A stretch of 64,000 bases of DNA from an uncultured virus (IMG/VR IMGVR_UViG_3300042887_005170) (lineage: Duplodnaviria > Heunggongvirae > Uroviricota > Caudoviricetes). The translations under genes and the position numbers were made by a program. Under the pieces are notes generated by a model. It saw nothing but the letters and a program-made list of their open reading frames with translations, searched no databases and was not told the DNA's origin. Within the stretch, counting starts at the first letter, position 1. Each line of letters begins with the position of its first letter. Of the stretch, positions 28,984-39,596 are shown in pieces. The stretch is taken from IMG/VR virus record IMGVR_UViG_3300042887_005170, one strand, 5' to 3'.

Positions 28984-29778
28984 CTAAACGCTCTGCGACT
29001 TAGCGCCGATTCTGTAGTATTCTGCATTGCTCGCGCCGTTGGCGTCTTTTCTGGTCTTGCCGCTTGCCAGCGCTTTTGCTCCGGTGTGGCCGGTAAGGTG
29101 CGCTGCTGCGAGGTAGCCGCCAATGTCTTGCGCCGATGTGGTGGGAGACAAAATACTGCGGATGTAGATTTTATTCCTATTTGTGAATTTAGCAAACGCC
29201 AGCTCCTGCAGCTCAGGGCTGTTCAAAAACTGTTCAAGTCCACCCGGGCACATGTCTGTCCAGTTACTCTGGTCCATCATGCAGGCGCGATTGCCTTTTT
29301 TAGACATACCCGGCTTTATGAAGCCTGCCTCTTCTAGTCCAGCTGCTCCGACCTGATACATGCCGACAAAGCCGGACTGATTCATACCTAGCGGATAGCC
29401 TCTGGCTCTAGCAGTATTGTTTAGCGGCCGGTAGTTACTTCCTGACTCTCTCTGACCTATAAAAAGAGCGAGCGAAACGTGGTTTAGGTTAGGAATTTCA
29501 CGGCCCTGCCAGGCAGCTCGAATGCGTGAAACTCGTTCGGCCGTCGCGGCGGAACGCGCGCCTGCCTCCACTTTATCACCCGTTCCGCTACTGGCCCCGG
29601 CAAATGCTCCGGCCACACCAGCGCTGCTGCCTCCCCCAACGGGGGCGGGCGGGGAATAGCTCGAAATCTGAGGAGAGACAGTGGGCTCGGGGCTAACTGG
29701 TTCAGCCTTAGGCGCTTTTTTAGAAGCGAGTTTATATGCCGCAAGTCCGACTAGCCCATATATAATTTCGTCTATCAT
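28984..29778 (-). CDS. N-anchored lysozyme-fold/transglycosylase-like protein
   Basis: RESGSNY, VGMYQVG, PELQELAF, YLAAAHLTG. Confidence 0.75.
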   Translation of the reverse strand: MIDEIIYGLVGLAAYKLASKKAPKAEPVSPEPTVSPQISSYSPPAPVGGGSSAGVAGAFAGASSGTGDKVEAGARSAATAERVSRIRAAWQGREIPNLNHVSLALFIGQRESGSNYRPLNNTARARGYPLGMNQSGFVGMYQVGAAGLEEAGFIKPGMSKKGNRACMMDQSNWTDMCPGGLEQFLNSPELQELAFAKFTNRNKIYIRSILSPTTSAQDIGGYLAAAHLTGHTGAKALASGKTRKDANGASNAEYYRIGAKSQSV

Positions 29779-30240
29779 TTATGCTCCTGACCTAAGCTTG
29801 CTTACAACCCAAAAAGATAAAAGCGCGCCCGCCGTTAAAGTGGCGACCGTATAATACTGCGTTTTTTTCTTGAGCGATTCGGCCCAGGCCTTTGTTTCAG
29901 GGAAAGCAGCAACAAATTTGGACATTTCGTCTTCGACGGAGAGACCCTTATTTGAGCAGATACGTCTAAGGTTGTCGAGTGCCAAGTAAGCCGCGTCTTT
30001 GTAGGCCCTAGCTGCTTGGTCGTCTGCCGTATCACCAACTCTAAGATTGCAAAAATAGTATAAAACATAGGCTTCTGGCCAGTCCGTGCTGGCATAAACA
30101 GCTTGTTTAGCTAGATCCAGCGCCGTTTTGTAATGTCCTAGGGCGTAGGTCTCTTTTGCCGAGTCATAATAAGACTTTGCCTCGTCTTTGGAAGAGACTC
30201 GCATGGTTAGCGGGTATGGTCTAGTCGCCCCGTGGTACAC
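29779..30240 (-). CDS. TPR-like protein with C-terminal TM anchor
   Basis: AKSYY..A...Y..G.Y..AL...KQAV...DWPEAY; terminal hydrophobic helix. Confidence 0.65.
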   Translation of the reverse strand: MYHGATRPYPLTMRVSSKDEAKSYYDSAKETYALGHYKTALDLAKQAVYASTDWPEAYVLYYFCNLRVGDTADDQAARAYKDAAYLALDNLRRICSNKGLSVEDEMSKFVAAFPETKAWAESLKKKTQYYTVATLTAGALLSFWVVSKLRSGA

Positions 30241-30248
30241 AGTTGGTC

Positions 30249-30725
30249 TTACTTATTGCACTTGCAGTCTTTGCTGAAGTAGTACTTGTAGGCGCCGTAG
30301 TAGACGGCGCAGCTTATGCCGATGCCAATAATACTAGGAATAGCGCCGAGTACAGTACCAATTCCGTTCATGGGCGCCGAACCTGTACCGAGCATGACCG
30401 GAGTCGGGGCGTTTTTCCAGTTACCCGTAGGCATCGGGATATCGGTAAAGATCTCACCGGGGAAGCCGCCGCGAGTCAGAGGCGCCGCAAAGCTAACTCC
30501 AAGAGAGCCGGTAGTTCCCATAGTCTGGTGGCAACCACACCCAGATCCCATCGGGGCTCCGCAGCTACAGGTTGGTCCCCTCATATTCTGGTGGCAACCA
30601 CACCCAGATCCCATCGGCGCTCCGCAGCCGCATTTGTTCTCCATGACAGCCTGGCCATCCATTATATTATAACCACCGGAAGTGCCGTTCATATAGTCGG
30701 GATTGGGTACGCTCTGTAGTAACAT
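30249..30725 (-). CDS. Cys/Gly-rich repeat protein with C-terminal TM
   Basis: Duplicated C.CGAPMGSGCGCHQ; GAGG RBS. Confidence 0.7.
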   Translation of the reverse strand: MLLQSVPNPDYMNGTSGGYNIMDGQAVMENKCGCGAPMGSGCGCHQNMRGPTCSCGAPMGSGCGCHQTMGTTGSLGVSFAAPLTRGGFPGEIFTDIPMPTGNWKNAPTPVMLGTGSAPMNGIGTVLGAIPSIIGIGISCAVYYGAYKYYFSKDCKCNK

Positions 30726-30838
30726 TTTAACCTCGTCTCTTAGAGCCGAGCTTAGTCGGCAGAAGGTAGTGTAATTCTATTTTGAAATTACAGACTAAAC
30801 GGAGTTATGTAAATAAGGCACTCAAAAAGACACGGCGT

Positions 30839-31966
30839 TTAAGAAGCCAGCTTCCTGACCAGCTTAAGCGCTTTTTCTAAGTTTGCTTTAGGGACCTGCT
30901 CTTTGAGTCGAATATAGGCCGCCTTGCTTCTAGTTTCACAATAAAGATCGGCAAAAACATCATCAGTCAGCATAACATTGGCTATCATGTATACGACAAA
31001 GCCCAAAGTTATTCCGATATTCATTGTGTAATAAATATAGGCTCCTTCTTGGTCGGCCTCTTGCTCCAGGTACTTTTTATATACGCTGTAGCTTCCGGTA
31101 GCATCCCCGTGATTATTTTTAATTAATTCACCATACGTAATCAATCCGCTTAGGCTCATGAGGTTGTCGGCCGCCTGGTCAAGGATTGAGAGTATTGCCG
31201 TGATTTGCGCAAAGAAAAACTCGTCCTCGGTAACGGCATGTTCACCTCGGGGAGTTCTTTTTGTATAAACGCTCCGCGCTTTTTTTAGCTGCTGCCCGGC
31301 AACAATTGCCGCGATGCTCTTGTTTAAATTAGGGTCGTATACCCCCTCTGGCATTCCGAAGGACTCGACAAACCAAAGCGCTAAATCTGCGGCATCCTCA
31401 AACTCATCCAAAAAGAGCGGGGTGTCGTCGTCTTCATCGCCGTCTTCATCGTCGTCTTCGTCGTAATTATCGTCGTATTGATCTTCGTCTTCCTCAAAGT
31501 TTTCAGACATTGCGCCAGCAGTAAGATACTCTGGCTCGTCTCCGTCTTCCTCGGAATAGTCCTCTAAGTCGTAGGCTCTGAGGTCACCCGTTAGGGGTCT
31601 GTACTTTAGTATGTTTTTTGCGACATCATTGTATAAAACACGGTCTATTTTATCTATTAAATAATAGGCTTGAAGCAGCCCGTCGGCGTCCTTGATAGGC
31701 GGAACTAGAGCTAAAGAGCTTGTTAAATAGGTGTTTGAGAGCCGCTTAACGAAGGGTGCCAGGACATCTCGAAATACAAAGGAAAACAGAGCGAATGCAT
31801 TATTTAGCTCCCGCTCTTTTTCCTCCATATTATTATACTTAATTTTTATATCAGGCGCTTTATCCAGCATTATCTTCTCGATCGGATAACCATATGATCG
31901 AAGGTTCATGCCGCTTATAAAATAGCCAAGCAGTAATTTTTTTTGTTTGTGGTTGTAAGCCGGCAT
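30839..31966 (-). CDS. Hypothetical protein, AT-rich, poly-acidic tract
   Basis: 375-aa ORF. Confidence 0.75.
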   Translation of the reverse strand: MPAYNHKQKKLLLGYFISGMNLRSYGYPIEKIMLDKAPDIKIKYNNMEEKERELNNAFALFSFVFRDVLAPFVKRLSNTYLTSSLALVPPIKDADGLLQAYYLIDKIDRVLYNDVAKNILKYRPLTGDLRAYDLEDYSEEDGDEPEYLTAGAMSENFEEDEDQYDDNYDEDDDEDGDEDDDTPLFLDEFEDAADLALWFVESFGMPEGVYDPNLNKSIAAIVAGQQLKKARSVYTKRTPRGEHAVTEDEFFFAQITAILSILDQAADNLMSLSGLITYGELIKNNHGDATGSYSVYKKYLEQEADQEGAYIYYTMNIGITLGFVVYMIANVMLTDDVFADLYCETRSKAAYIRLKEQVPKANLEKALKLVRKLAS

Positions 31967-31971
31967 TTTAA

Positions 31972-33360
31972 CTACTCCTCGGGATTGTCTGGGGTCTCAC
32001 CCAGCCCCGAAAAAGAATCTGCAATTGCGCAACAGTCTTCTATAGTATCAAAGATAGTGTCGATTATTAAATCTATTTTATCTTGCTCTACTGTTTTTTT
32101 AAGGGCCAGTCTTATTGTCTCTATGTCGTCACGCTCTGGGGTTATTTTAGCAATTTTTCTTGCCGTTTCTGCGCATTCTTTAACTCTTTTGTTTATGGCG
32201 GGGCGAGCCTCAGGAATGTTAGTGTCCGCTATGTTTATAGACGCAGGGTCAACCTCTATGATTTTAATGAGCTCAAGAATTTTTTTGTTTGACGTCGATA
32301 ACGCGCGCGTAGTTTTTCCCGATCTAAACTGCGCGTACGGCTGCAAGCTGTCTTCAATAAGCTGCTCTACTTTACCTTGTGCTCCGGGTAATTTACTAAC
32401 ATAAGCCATAATGTTGCCTATCTGATAGTTTCCCCAAAAATCATAAAGACGCCCTCGGCCCTCTGGATTCCAGGTGCTATTTTTACGCTTAGAGGAAAGT
32501 CTCAAGTTACGCGACAAGGCAGAAAGCCCATAATAGATTGCGTGCATTAGTTTAGCAAAAACAAAATTAAAATTTACTATTTCTCTTGAGCCAGAGTCCA
32601 GATTTAAATATTTAATATATTTATTTATTCTAGCATCGCCGCTGCCTTGGCGCCAAGAATAAGAATATAGGCCGTAGCCTTCGCCCATAATATCTTTCAA
32701 CACTCTTAGTTTTTTAGATTTTCTACTCTCACTGTAGTAATTATAAAAATCTCTTTGTTCCCGGATGTCATACTGGCTTTGTGAGAGCCCAGCCAAGTCT
32801 GGTGTTTGAATGACTGCTAGCTTAGTATCTGCTAGTTTTTTTCCGTCTTCTCTATACCTGGCTATCAGGTCCATACATAGGTCGTATGTGGCTTGGAAGT
32901 TATTGGCTTCTGCGTTTATCTGAATGCCTGGGTGGGCGTTTTTTTGCGCCTCCAAAAGTTCTTTTGCAAATTTTAATAATAATTCTATTAAACCACAAGT
33001 AATATTGGTTTGAGCGCTGAACTGTATGATGTCCATTATATGCCACTGATGATTAAAATCATTATACATTGCCGGGTCGATCATGAAGTCGTCGACTCTT
33101 AGGTCTGGTTTCGGCAAAGTATTAAAAAAATAGTCACCAGTACCGGGGTTGATAGTGTCGCCAATAAGCAATGGCGCATTACCGTTTTTTGCTAATTTTT
33201 TTAATTTTATAACAAAATCTTCGATAAGAAATGCGCTTACGCCGTAATAATTTACGGCATCGTATAAGCTGCTCTGACTAATTTTTTTAAAATATTCAGA
33301 GGGTCTTACCTGCCCTTTAAAATACTTTATTAAATTTAAATTAGTTTTTTTGGGTGCCAT
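31972..33360 (-). CDS. AT-rich family protein with shared C-terminal domain
   Basis: C-term ...IFDTIEDCCAIADS. Confidence 0.8.
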   Translation of the reverse strand: MAPKKTNLNLIKYFKGQVRPSEYFKKISQSSLYDAVNYYGVSAFLIEDFVIKLKKLAKNGNAPLLIGDTINPGTGDYFFNTLPKPDLRVDDFMIDPAMYNDFNHQWHIMDIIQFSAQTNITCGLIELLLKFAKELLEAQKNAHPGIQINAEANNFQATYDLCMDLIARYREDGKKLADTKLAVIQTPDLAGLSQSQYDIREQRDFYNYYSESRKSKKLRVLKDIMGEGYGLYSYSWRQGSGDARINKYIKYLNLDSGSREIVNFNFVFAKLMHAIYYGLSALSRNLRLSSKRKNSTWNPEGRGRLYDFWGNYQIGNIMAYVSKLPGAQGKVEQLIEDSLQPYAQFRSGKTTRALSTSNKKILELIKIIEVDPASINIADTNIPEARPAINKRVKECAETARKIAKITPERDDIETIRLALKKTVEQDKIDLIIDTIFDTIEDCCAIADSFSGLGETPDNPEE

Positions 33361-33406
33361 GTGTAACCTCTTAAGTCAATTTAACTTATAGTTATTTATT
33401 GTGGAT

Positions 33407-34999
33407 TTATACGCCGTCTTCATCGCCTGGCGATTCTCCGAACGCTAGATCATAACACTCATTTACAGCCGCATCCACTAAGTCATAAATCTCATTCATC
33501 TTTGCGTCGTCGTTGGAGTATTTTCTTAGCGCGAAAGAGACCGTCTCCTCTGGCTCCGGCTTAAGAGGTACGCCCGCTAAAGCAGATACTTTTTTTGCTA
33601 AATTTTTAAGGATTTTAGAGATCTCTTTGGTGTTATCCTCTGAGTCCACGTCCTCTGTGTCATAGGCTCCGCCGATGCCGATAACAAACGCATCAAACGG
33701 CCCCGCGGATTTTTCCGAGGCGGATTTGCCTTTTGGCTCATAAACTTTAATTTTAGCAATGAGTTTATTTAAGAATTTTTGGAAATCAGGAAAATCAAGG
33801 CTACCAAAGGCTATTGCCCCATTTAATAAATCTCTCACGTGGGTGTAGCATGGCAGTATTATGTCTAGCTGGCTGGGTCTGACGCGCCTCATCTTGTAGC
33901 AGTCGCTATAAGGATTAGACAAATCTGTAAGTGCGTCTCCTAGATCCCTCATGCTCTGTGCGTTTTGCAGCAACAGTCGAGAGGCTGCTGTTATAGCGAT
34001 TAATTCTTTTATATCAGCCTCACCCATCTTCTCGTTATTCTCTAAATATTTAACAAGTAGATCTCTGTAGAAGCTGTCTCTTATATCATTTTTCTTAACC
34101 TCTCTAATATTTACTCTGCCTAAAGTATTATTTGCGGCTATTAATTTAGCATATTCTGCGCTATGCCTGTTGTCTCTTACCCATATTTTATAACCCCCCT
34201 GTTCTGAGAGGCTGTTTGCCTTAGAGCTCGGTGAGTCTGCGGATCTAAATAAAGCAAACAGTCTTTGTATAACCTCTGCCTCATTTTTTTCTGTTACATT
34301 TTTTAATAGGGACAGTACATCTGGGTTGTTTGTCAGGCATTTTTCTAAAGCTTCAATCATTTCTAAAATAAAATAACGGCCATCTAGAAGGTCGGCTTTA
34401 ATATTTTCGGGCAAATATTTAGCGTTTAAAATAGTTTGGTACAATGGGGCTAACGCCTTTGTGTATAAATATTTTAAAATCTCAACCTGAAGCGACAAAT
34501 TTATAAAGTAAGATTGGAAGGGAATGTCCTCATTTAAGTAAACTTTTTTAATATCTATTTTTTTTCCGGTACTTTTGGCTGGGTATAGGCTAACGTTAAA
34601 TATTGAGCGTGATATATAACTATCTAAGTCAGATAGCTTGCTTCTCTCTATTGCTGAGCTCGTGAAACCCATTTTTTCTATTGCTTCCTCTTCAATAGGT
34701 ACGACGAAATAGACAAAGGGGGAGATCAGGTTTTCAGAGCCCTGAGGTATTCCAAACCTCTCGCAAATGAGCCTAGCGGCCATGTTATTATAATAGCCTT
34801 CTATTTCTATGACGCCTTCCGTGTCGGCCTCTCTTAATATACTAGCTACTATATTTTGGTGGCTGCCATCTCGGTTTAGAGGGTCTTTTGCGCTTGAGTA
34901 AGGTATAATACTAATACCGCTGCGAGAGTACGGCGACTCTGCCTCTTTGTTAATGGCTTTAGTTATATTATTTAGATCTGTAATCCCTTTTCTCTTCAT
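33407..34999 (-). CDS. AT-rich family protein with shared C-terminal domain
   Basis: GGAYDT...IYDLVDAAVNECYDLAFG. Confidence 0.8.
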   Translation of the reverse strand: MKRKGITDLNNITKAINKEAESPYSRSGISIIPYSSAKDPLNRDGSHQNIVASILREADTEGVIEIEGYYNNMAARLICERFGIPQGSENLISPFVYFVVPIEEEAIEKMGFTSSAIERSKLSDLDSYISRSIFNVSLYPAKSTGKKIDIKKVYLNEDIPFQSYFINLSLQVEILKYLYTKALAPLYQTILNAKYLPENIKADLLDGRYFILEMIEALEKCLTNNPDVLSLLKNVTEKNEAEVIQRLFALFRSADSPSSKANSLSEQGGYKIWVRDNRHSAEYAKLIAANNTLGRVNIREVKKNDIRDSFYRDLLVKYLENNEKMGEADIKELIAITAASRLLLQNAQSMRDLGDALTDLSNPYSDCYKMRRVRPSQLDIILPCYTHVRDLLNGAIAFGSLDFPDFQKFLNKLIAKIKVYEPKGKSASEKSAGPFDAFVIGIGGAYDTEDVDSEDNTKEISKILKNLAKKVSALAGVPLKPEPEETVSFALRKYSNDDAKMNEIYDLVDAAVNECYDLAFGESPGDEDGV

Positions 35000-35032
35000 G
35001 CAAAACCCACTAGTTATAAGCTAAAAGACGTA

Positions 35033-36775
35033 TTAGTCTTCGTTCTCTGCCGGACCAAAGACTACGTCATAGCACTCATTAATGGCAGCATCCACCATAT
35101 CGTAGATTGCGTCCATCTTGCTTTCGTTATCTGAGAAAGCCCGCATGGCATAGGCCACAGTCTCCCCAGGTGTGGCTTTTTCTACCGTGCCGGCAAAGTC
35201 CGCTATTTTTTTAGCTACGCCCTGCAGGATCTTTTTTATTTGCTTACTGTGTGCCGTTTCTCCCATTCCGGCGGTGTCGTAAGTTCCGCCTATGGTGTCT
35301 ACAAAATCATAAAAAGAACCTTTTTTATATACGTTGGCGGCTGACTTTGACTTTGGTTGTAAAGCCCTGCACTTGGTTACAGCTTTGTCTATTACTTTTT
35401 GGAGCTCCTCTATTTCCAGGCCGCCAGTAATGAGCATTTCTGTGAGCAAATCTCTTTGTATGCGTAGAACAGAGGTCGCATCAGTGTAATGACTTTTTCT
35501 CGCTCTATCGGTCGAATATTTGTAGTTATCTGACCAATAAAGTCCTACCTTCTTTGCCATTTCCGTAAGAAAACTAATAACCAGCTTTGCCAGCGCAAAA
35601 GCTCTAGCTGCCTCAATCTCTTCAGGGCCAACGCGTTTATTGTCGTATAAAAAATCAATTAGCAATTTTTGTTTAAATGCGGAAAAATGAGTTTTTTCAT
35701 CTTCCCTGCCCGAGTAGACCCAATTGCTGCTGTTGCTTAACTCTGAAATAAGCGCGGCGGCTTTTCCCCTGTAATCCGTTAAATTAATAAAATCTAAATC
35801 TTTAGTTGGGTCCTTTGCAGTTTCAGCAAGGGCGTCACTTCCATACCCGGTAACATGCCTAGTTCTCCGTGTATCGGACATTTCTTTTCTTTTGTCCAAA
35901 ATTATTTTATTTAAAGCATTATTAGACTCCTCCTCATTTAACTCAGAGGCATTTCTTAGAATGTTTAAAACAGCTTCATCCGCTAATGTAGAGTTATAAA
36001 ACGCATCCAGGGTCTCTATTGTTTTATATCTATAAAAAACAATAGCTTCTTTAACCTCGTCTGGCACATACTTAGAGTCTAAAATAATTTTATAGATAGG
36101 CGCCAGCGCCGTTGTTAAAAAATATTTATATATATCGTATTGAAAAAGAGCTGATGTGAAAAAAGAAGAATATAAATTATCTCTATTACACAATACTTTT
36201 TCTGATGAGAGCTCTTTATAATTAGCTGGCTGGGAGTGACTGGCGAGAAGCCCCAATTCGCCGGCATACCCGCCATGAATAAAAATAGGCCCGCCTAGGT
36301 TAAAAGGTAACTCCTCTTGGTTGTAAGCTGAGGCCGATTCTCCGAGTCTCTGATTACCTACAATGATGTCGGTAAAATGTCTATTATTCGGTATGTCTAT
36401 GGGCAAAAGCATATACATATTCTTATCATCGTCCTCAGATACCCCAGGGGTCACCGGGGAAGTCCCGTCCATACGACGCCCTTGGACTCGTAAAATAAAA
36501 GATTTTGGGTACCGCTTGGCCAATTCTCTCATTCTATACGCAATTTCGTTATTTACCGCGTCGACATCAGACAAATCGCCACCTTGCTCATAGTAGCGCC
36601 TCGCTATTGCCGTGGTGACTGTGTCCGGCTCTAACTTTAAGTTTTTTGCAATCTCTAGATTGCAGGGGCCGACTATATACCCTCCGATAGAGGAGGTAGT
36701 AACCTCATTGTTTTTGATTACCCTGTTTACGTGGTCTATAAAATTTTTAATGCTTTCTAAATTTTCTCTTTTCAT
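35033..36775 (-). CDS. AT-rich family protein with shared C-terminal domain
   Basis: GGTYDT...IYDMVDAAINECYDVVFG. Confidence 0.8.
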   Translation of the reverse strand: MKRENLESIKNFIDHVNRVIKNNEVTTSSIGGYIVGPCNLEIAKNLKLEPDTVTTAIARRYYEQGGDLSDVDAVNNEIAYRMRELAKRYPKSFILRVQGRRMDGTSPVTPGVSEDDDKNMYMLLPIDIPNNRHFTDIIVGNQRLGESASAYNQEELPFNLGGPIFIHGGYAGELGLLASHSQPANYKELSSEKVLCNRDNLYSSFFTSALFQYDIYKYFLTTALAPIYKIILDSKYVPDEVKEAIVFYRYKTIETLDAFYNSTLADEAVLNILRNASELNEEESNNALNKIILDKRKEMSDTRRTRHVTGYGSDALAETAKDPTKDLDFINLTDYRGKAAALISELSNSSNWVYSGREDEKTHFSAFKQKLLIDFLYDNKRVGPEEIEAARAFALAKLVISFLTEMAKKVGLYWSDNYKYSTDRARKSHYTDATSVLRIQRDLLTEMLITGGLEIEELQKVIDKAVTKCRALQPKSKSAANVYKKGSFYDFVDTIGGTYDTAGMGETAHSKQIKKILQGVAKKIADFAGTVEKATPGETVAYAMRAFSDNESKMDAIYDMVDAAINECYDVVFGPAENED

Positions 36776-36802
36776 TTAGTTTAACCTTTTAGAGAGTTAT
36801 AG

Positions 36803-38662
36803 CTATTCGCCGGAGTCTTCCAGAGCGCTGTCTGGGCCAAAAACAATGTCGTAGCAGCTATTAACGGCTTTATCTAAAACACCATAGACTCTGTCTAAAA
36901 CCTCTTCGTCGTCTACTACAGCGCGCATCGCCTGCGCTACTGTGTCTCCTGGCTCTGCTCTCTCTGCAGTTCCGGCTATTTTAGCGATATCTGCCGCGGC
37001 TCTATTTAGTATTCTTTTAATCTTGGCGCTGTTTTCGCTGTCGTCCATACCTTCTGTGTCGTAGGCAAGGCCGGCGTCCTCTACAAAGCTAACAAAAACG
37101 CTTTTCTTTTTAATTTTCCCTGCTGAGCCTGGTTCTAGGTTTTTATATTTAGAAACAATTTTGCCTATCTGCTTACTAAAATCCGCTATGTCTATATCGC
37201 TAAAGTAAAGCATATTGTGTAAAATATTATTTATAACGTTATGGGTCTTTATTCTTAAATATTGTTCTGATTTCGAGGGAGTGCTTCGCTCTATCCTAGG
37301 GCTTAACATAAACGAGTAATAGTTTTGGGAAAGGGATCTAATAATTTCTCGACTTGTGTATAACAAATCATAAGCGGCCTTCTCATGCAGCAGTTTTTCC
37401 ATGTCGGCAGCATTTATCTTTTCTCCCTTATATAAAAATTTAATTAAAATATCATATAGAAGGTCGAATTTTAAAGCCGTGTCTTGAATCTGTTCAGGCG
37501 GGATGGGGAGATTTGGATCCATGTTTAGTGTATATATCTGGGCCAAAGACGTTAATTGGCAAGATAAATCATAGTAAAAACTGGATACGTTTAATTTTTT
37601 CATCTCCGGGGTCTGTTGCAGCGCTGAGGTATTTATAATTTCAACAGCCTCGGGGCTGTTTGCTCTTAATTGCTCAGACCTGGCGTCGTTAAGCGCTCTG
37701 TATTTTTCTTGCGTTCCTCGAGCATTAAGTAATTTACGTAACTCATCTCGTATAATAGCTTCGGTAGTTAAACTTTTTTTGTTAGTTATTAAATTTATTA
37801 TTTCTTTTTCCGACGACAGGTTGCCGCTTATCTCATCTATTAAATCTAAAATTAAATACCGGGCTGTTACAATTGTCTCCTTAGTAGTGTCTGAGACGCT
37901 AGTAGATTCAAGAACTGCCTTATAGTGGGGGGCAAAAAAAGTGCCCATAAGGTATTTTAAAAGGTCTAGCTCTAAAAGAGCGCCTACAAATCTGCCACAA
38001 AAAGGGATTTCTTCAATGTATAATATTTTCCCAGTATCAATTTTTAAATTAGTTGCTTTATCCCTATTAATATTAGGTAAATATACCACAGTGTTAAAAC
38101 GCTGAGAGTATACACCTCCGCAAAGCACGGGTTTGCTCATATCAACTGTGTGACCTAAGTTCTCACTCTCTATATAGCTATTGCTGTAAGATATGCGGTT
38201 AATTAGTGGATCTATTAAATTATCCTCAAAAGGTACAAAAAGAGCAATTGGGTCTTTTTTCTTAGTTAAATCTATAACCTCTACATCACGTACAAAATTA
38301 GGGGTCTTTGGGCTGCCGTAAGTTGTGACGTTTTTTCTAGGGATGTGGGGGTATTCGCGCTGTAGATCAGCCATTACTCGGTCCAGCTCCTCTCTCCAGT
38401 CTTCCGGTGGGCGCCCCTCTTCGACGCATTTCCTAGCTAAAATTCTAGCTATCACGTTCATTTGGTTGAGGTTTTTGAAATTCGAGGTATTGGGTTCCAC
38501 AGAAAAACCTATATCTCTCGTGCTGGTCCCCCTAGCTGAGGTCAAGTCAAGACTGCCGCCTAGGTACCCGGGTATAACAATAGCTGGTCCGTAGCCGCGC
38601 ATTAATGTCTGCTCTAAGTGCTCTAAAGTATCAAAAACTGCTGTTAAGTTTTTTCTTTTCAT
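36803..38662 (-). CDS. AT-rich family protein with shared C-terminal domain
   Basis: GLAYDT...VYGVLDKAVNSCYDIVFG. Confidence 0.8.
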   Translation of the reverse strand: MKRKNLTAVFDTLEHLEQTLMRGYGPAIVIPGYLGGSLDLTSARGTSTRDIGFSVEPNTSNFKNLNQMNVIARILARKCVEEGRPPEDWREELDRVMADLQREYPHIPRKNVTTYGSPKTPNFVRDVEVIDLTKKKDPIALFVPFEDNLIDPLINRISYSNSYIESENLGHTVDMSKPVLCGGVYSQRFNTVVYLPNINRDKATNLKIDTGKILYIEEIPFCGRFVGALLELDLLKYLMGTFFAPHYKAVLESTSVSDTTKETIVTARYLILDLIDEISGNLSSEKEIINLITNKKSLTTEAIIRDELRKLLNARGTQEKYRALNDARSEQLRANSPEAVEIINTSALQQTPEMKKLNVSSFYYDLSCQLTSLAQIYTLNMDPNLPIPPEQIQDTALKFDLLYDILIKFLYKGEKINAADMEKLLHEKAAYDLLYTSREIIRSLSQNYYSFMLSPRIERSTPSKSEQYLRIKTHNVINNILHNMLYFSDIDIADFSKQIGKIVSKYKNLEPGSAGKIKKKSVFVSFVEDAGLAYDTEGMDDSENSAKIKRILNRAAADIAKIAGTAERAEPGDTVAQAMRAVVDDEEVLDRVYGVLDKAVNSCYDIVFGPDSALEDSGE

Positions 38663-38964
38663 GTCTGGCTCTTGGATATGTGAGGCCGCGTACCTGTCTA
38701 GCCGCCCGACTATACACAGAAAGAAGCGTTAATCAACAGGTACAGGTGAGCTACACAAAAACATACATTGAGCAGTGCTATAAATAGCTCCCGTTTACAA
38801 AAAGTAAATCACCACCCAAAAAATGATACTTTTATGATACTTCGGTACTAATTCACTAGTATTTACCTAGTACTTGATAATCGATCCGGAAGAGGCCGGT
38901 GGTGGTATTTTGGTAGTATTAGCATAGTACTTTTTAGCGCGCTATTATGGTTCTGGCACATCGT

Positions 38965-39596
38965 GTAGTAAAACTGCCAAAAAAAGTATGACCCCTATAC
39001 AAAGTATCATTACCGCTTACTAGCTGATCGCGACGGCCTTTTTTTGTTAGCAGACTAATTTTCGCTAGTACTTTTAGGGGTATGTGGTGATATAGCACAA
39101 TCGAGTATCGCTAGGTTCTATGCGGTGATTTCAGTGGTGGTAAAAGTGAGGGAAAAAAATGATATCTACTAATGTGTCATTATCACCGCTATTTTGCTGG
39201 AGTTGCGGCCTCTTTTCTTCAACTGTGTATTTTTTCCTATTTACTAGGGAAAAATTTTAACGTTAATTTATGGGTTAGAACAAGATGGAACTGATAATTT
39301 TAGCGATTAGTGTAGTAAAGATAGGGAAGTTCGTGCGAACTTTCCAAAATGCTGCCGGAACCAGTGAAATAGCGGTGATAATGCCCCATTAGTAGATATC
39401 ATTTTTTAGAGCCACTTTTACCACCACTAATAGCTCCGCATAGAACCTGGGGATTTCGGGCGTACTAAACCACCATCACCCTTAGTCTTACTATCGAAAA
39501 ATTAGTCTACTAATGCAAAAAGCGGCCTCAGCTCCAGCAATCTAGAGGTAATAATACTTTTGGGGCATGTAGTACTTTTTTTGCGACTTTTACCAC
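38965..39596. repeat. Long imperfect inverted repeat (arms ~38965-39200 and ~39361-39596) in a 1-kb non-coding region; candidate origin or structured RNA
   Basis: Block matches e.g. CATTATCACCGCTATTT/AAATAGCGGTGATAATG, AAAAAATGATATCTACTAATG/CATTAGTAGATATCATTTTTT, AGTGGTGGTAAAAGTG/CACTTTTACCACCACT, GGTTCTATGCGG/CCGCATAGAACC. Confidence 0.9.

Noticed and set aside
38965..39596. Inverted repeat as IS or MITE ends
   Set aside because: No transposase, arms are long and block-degenerate, and no target-site duplication was identified
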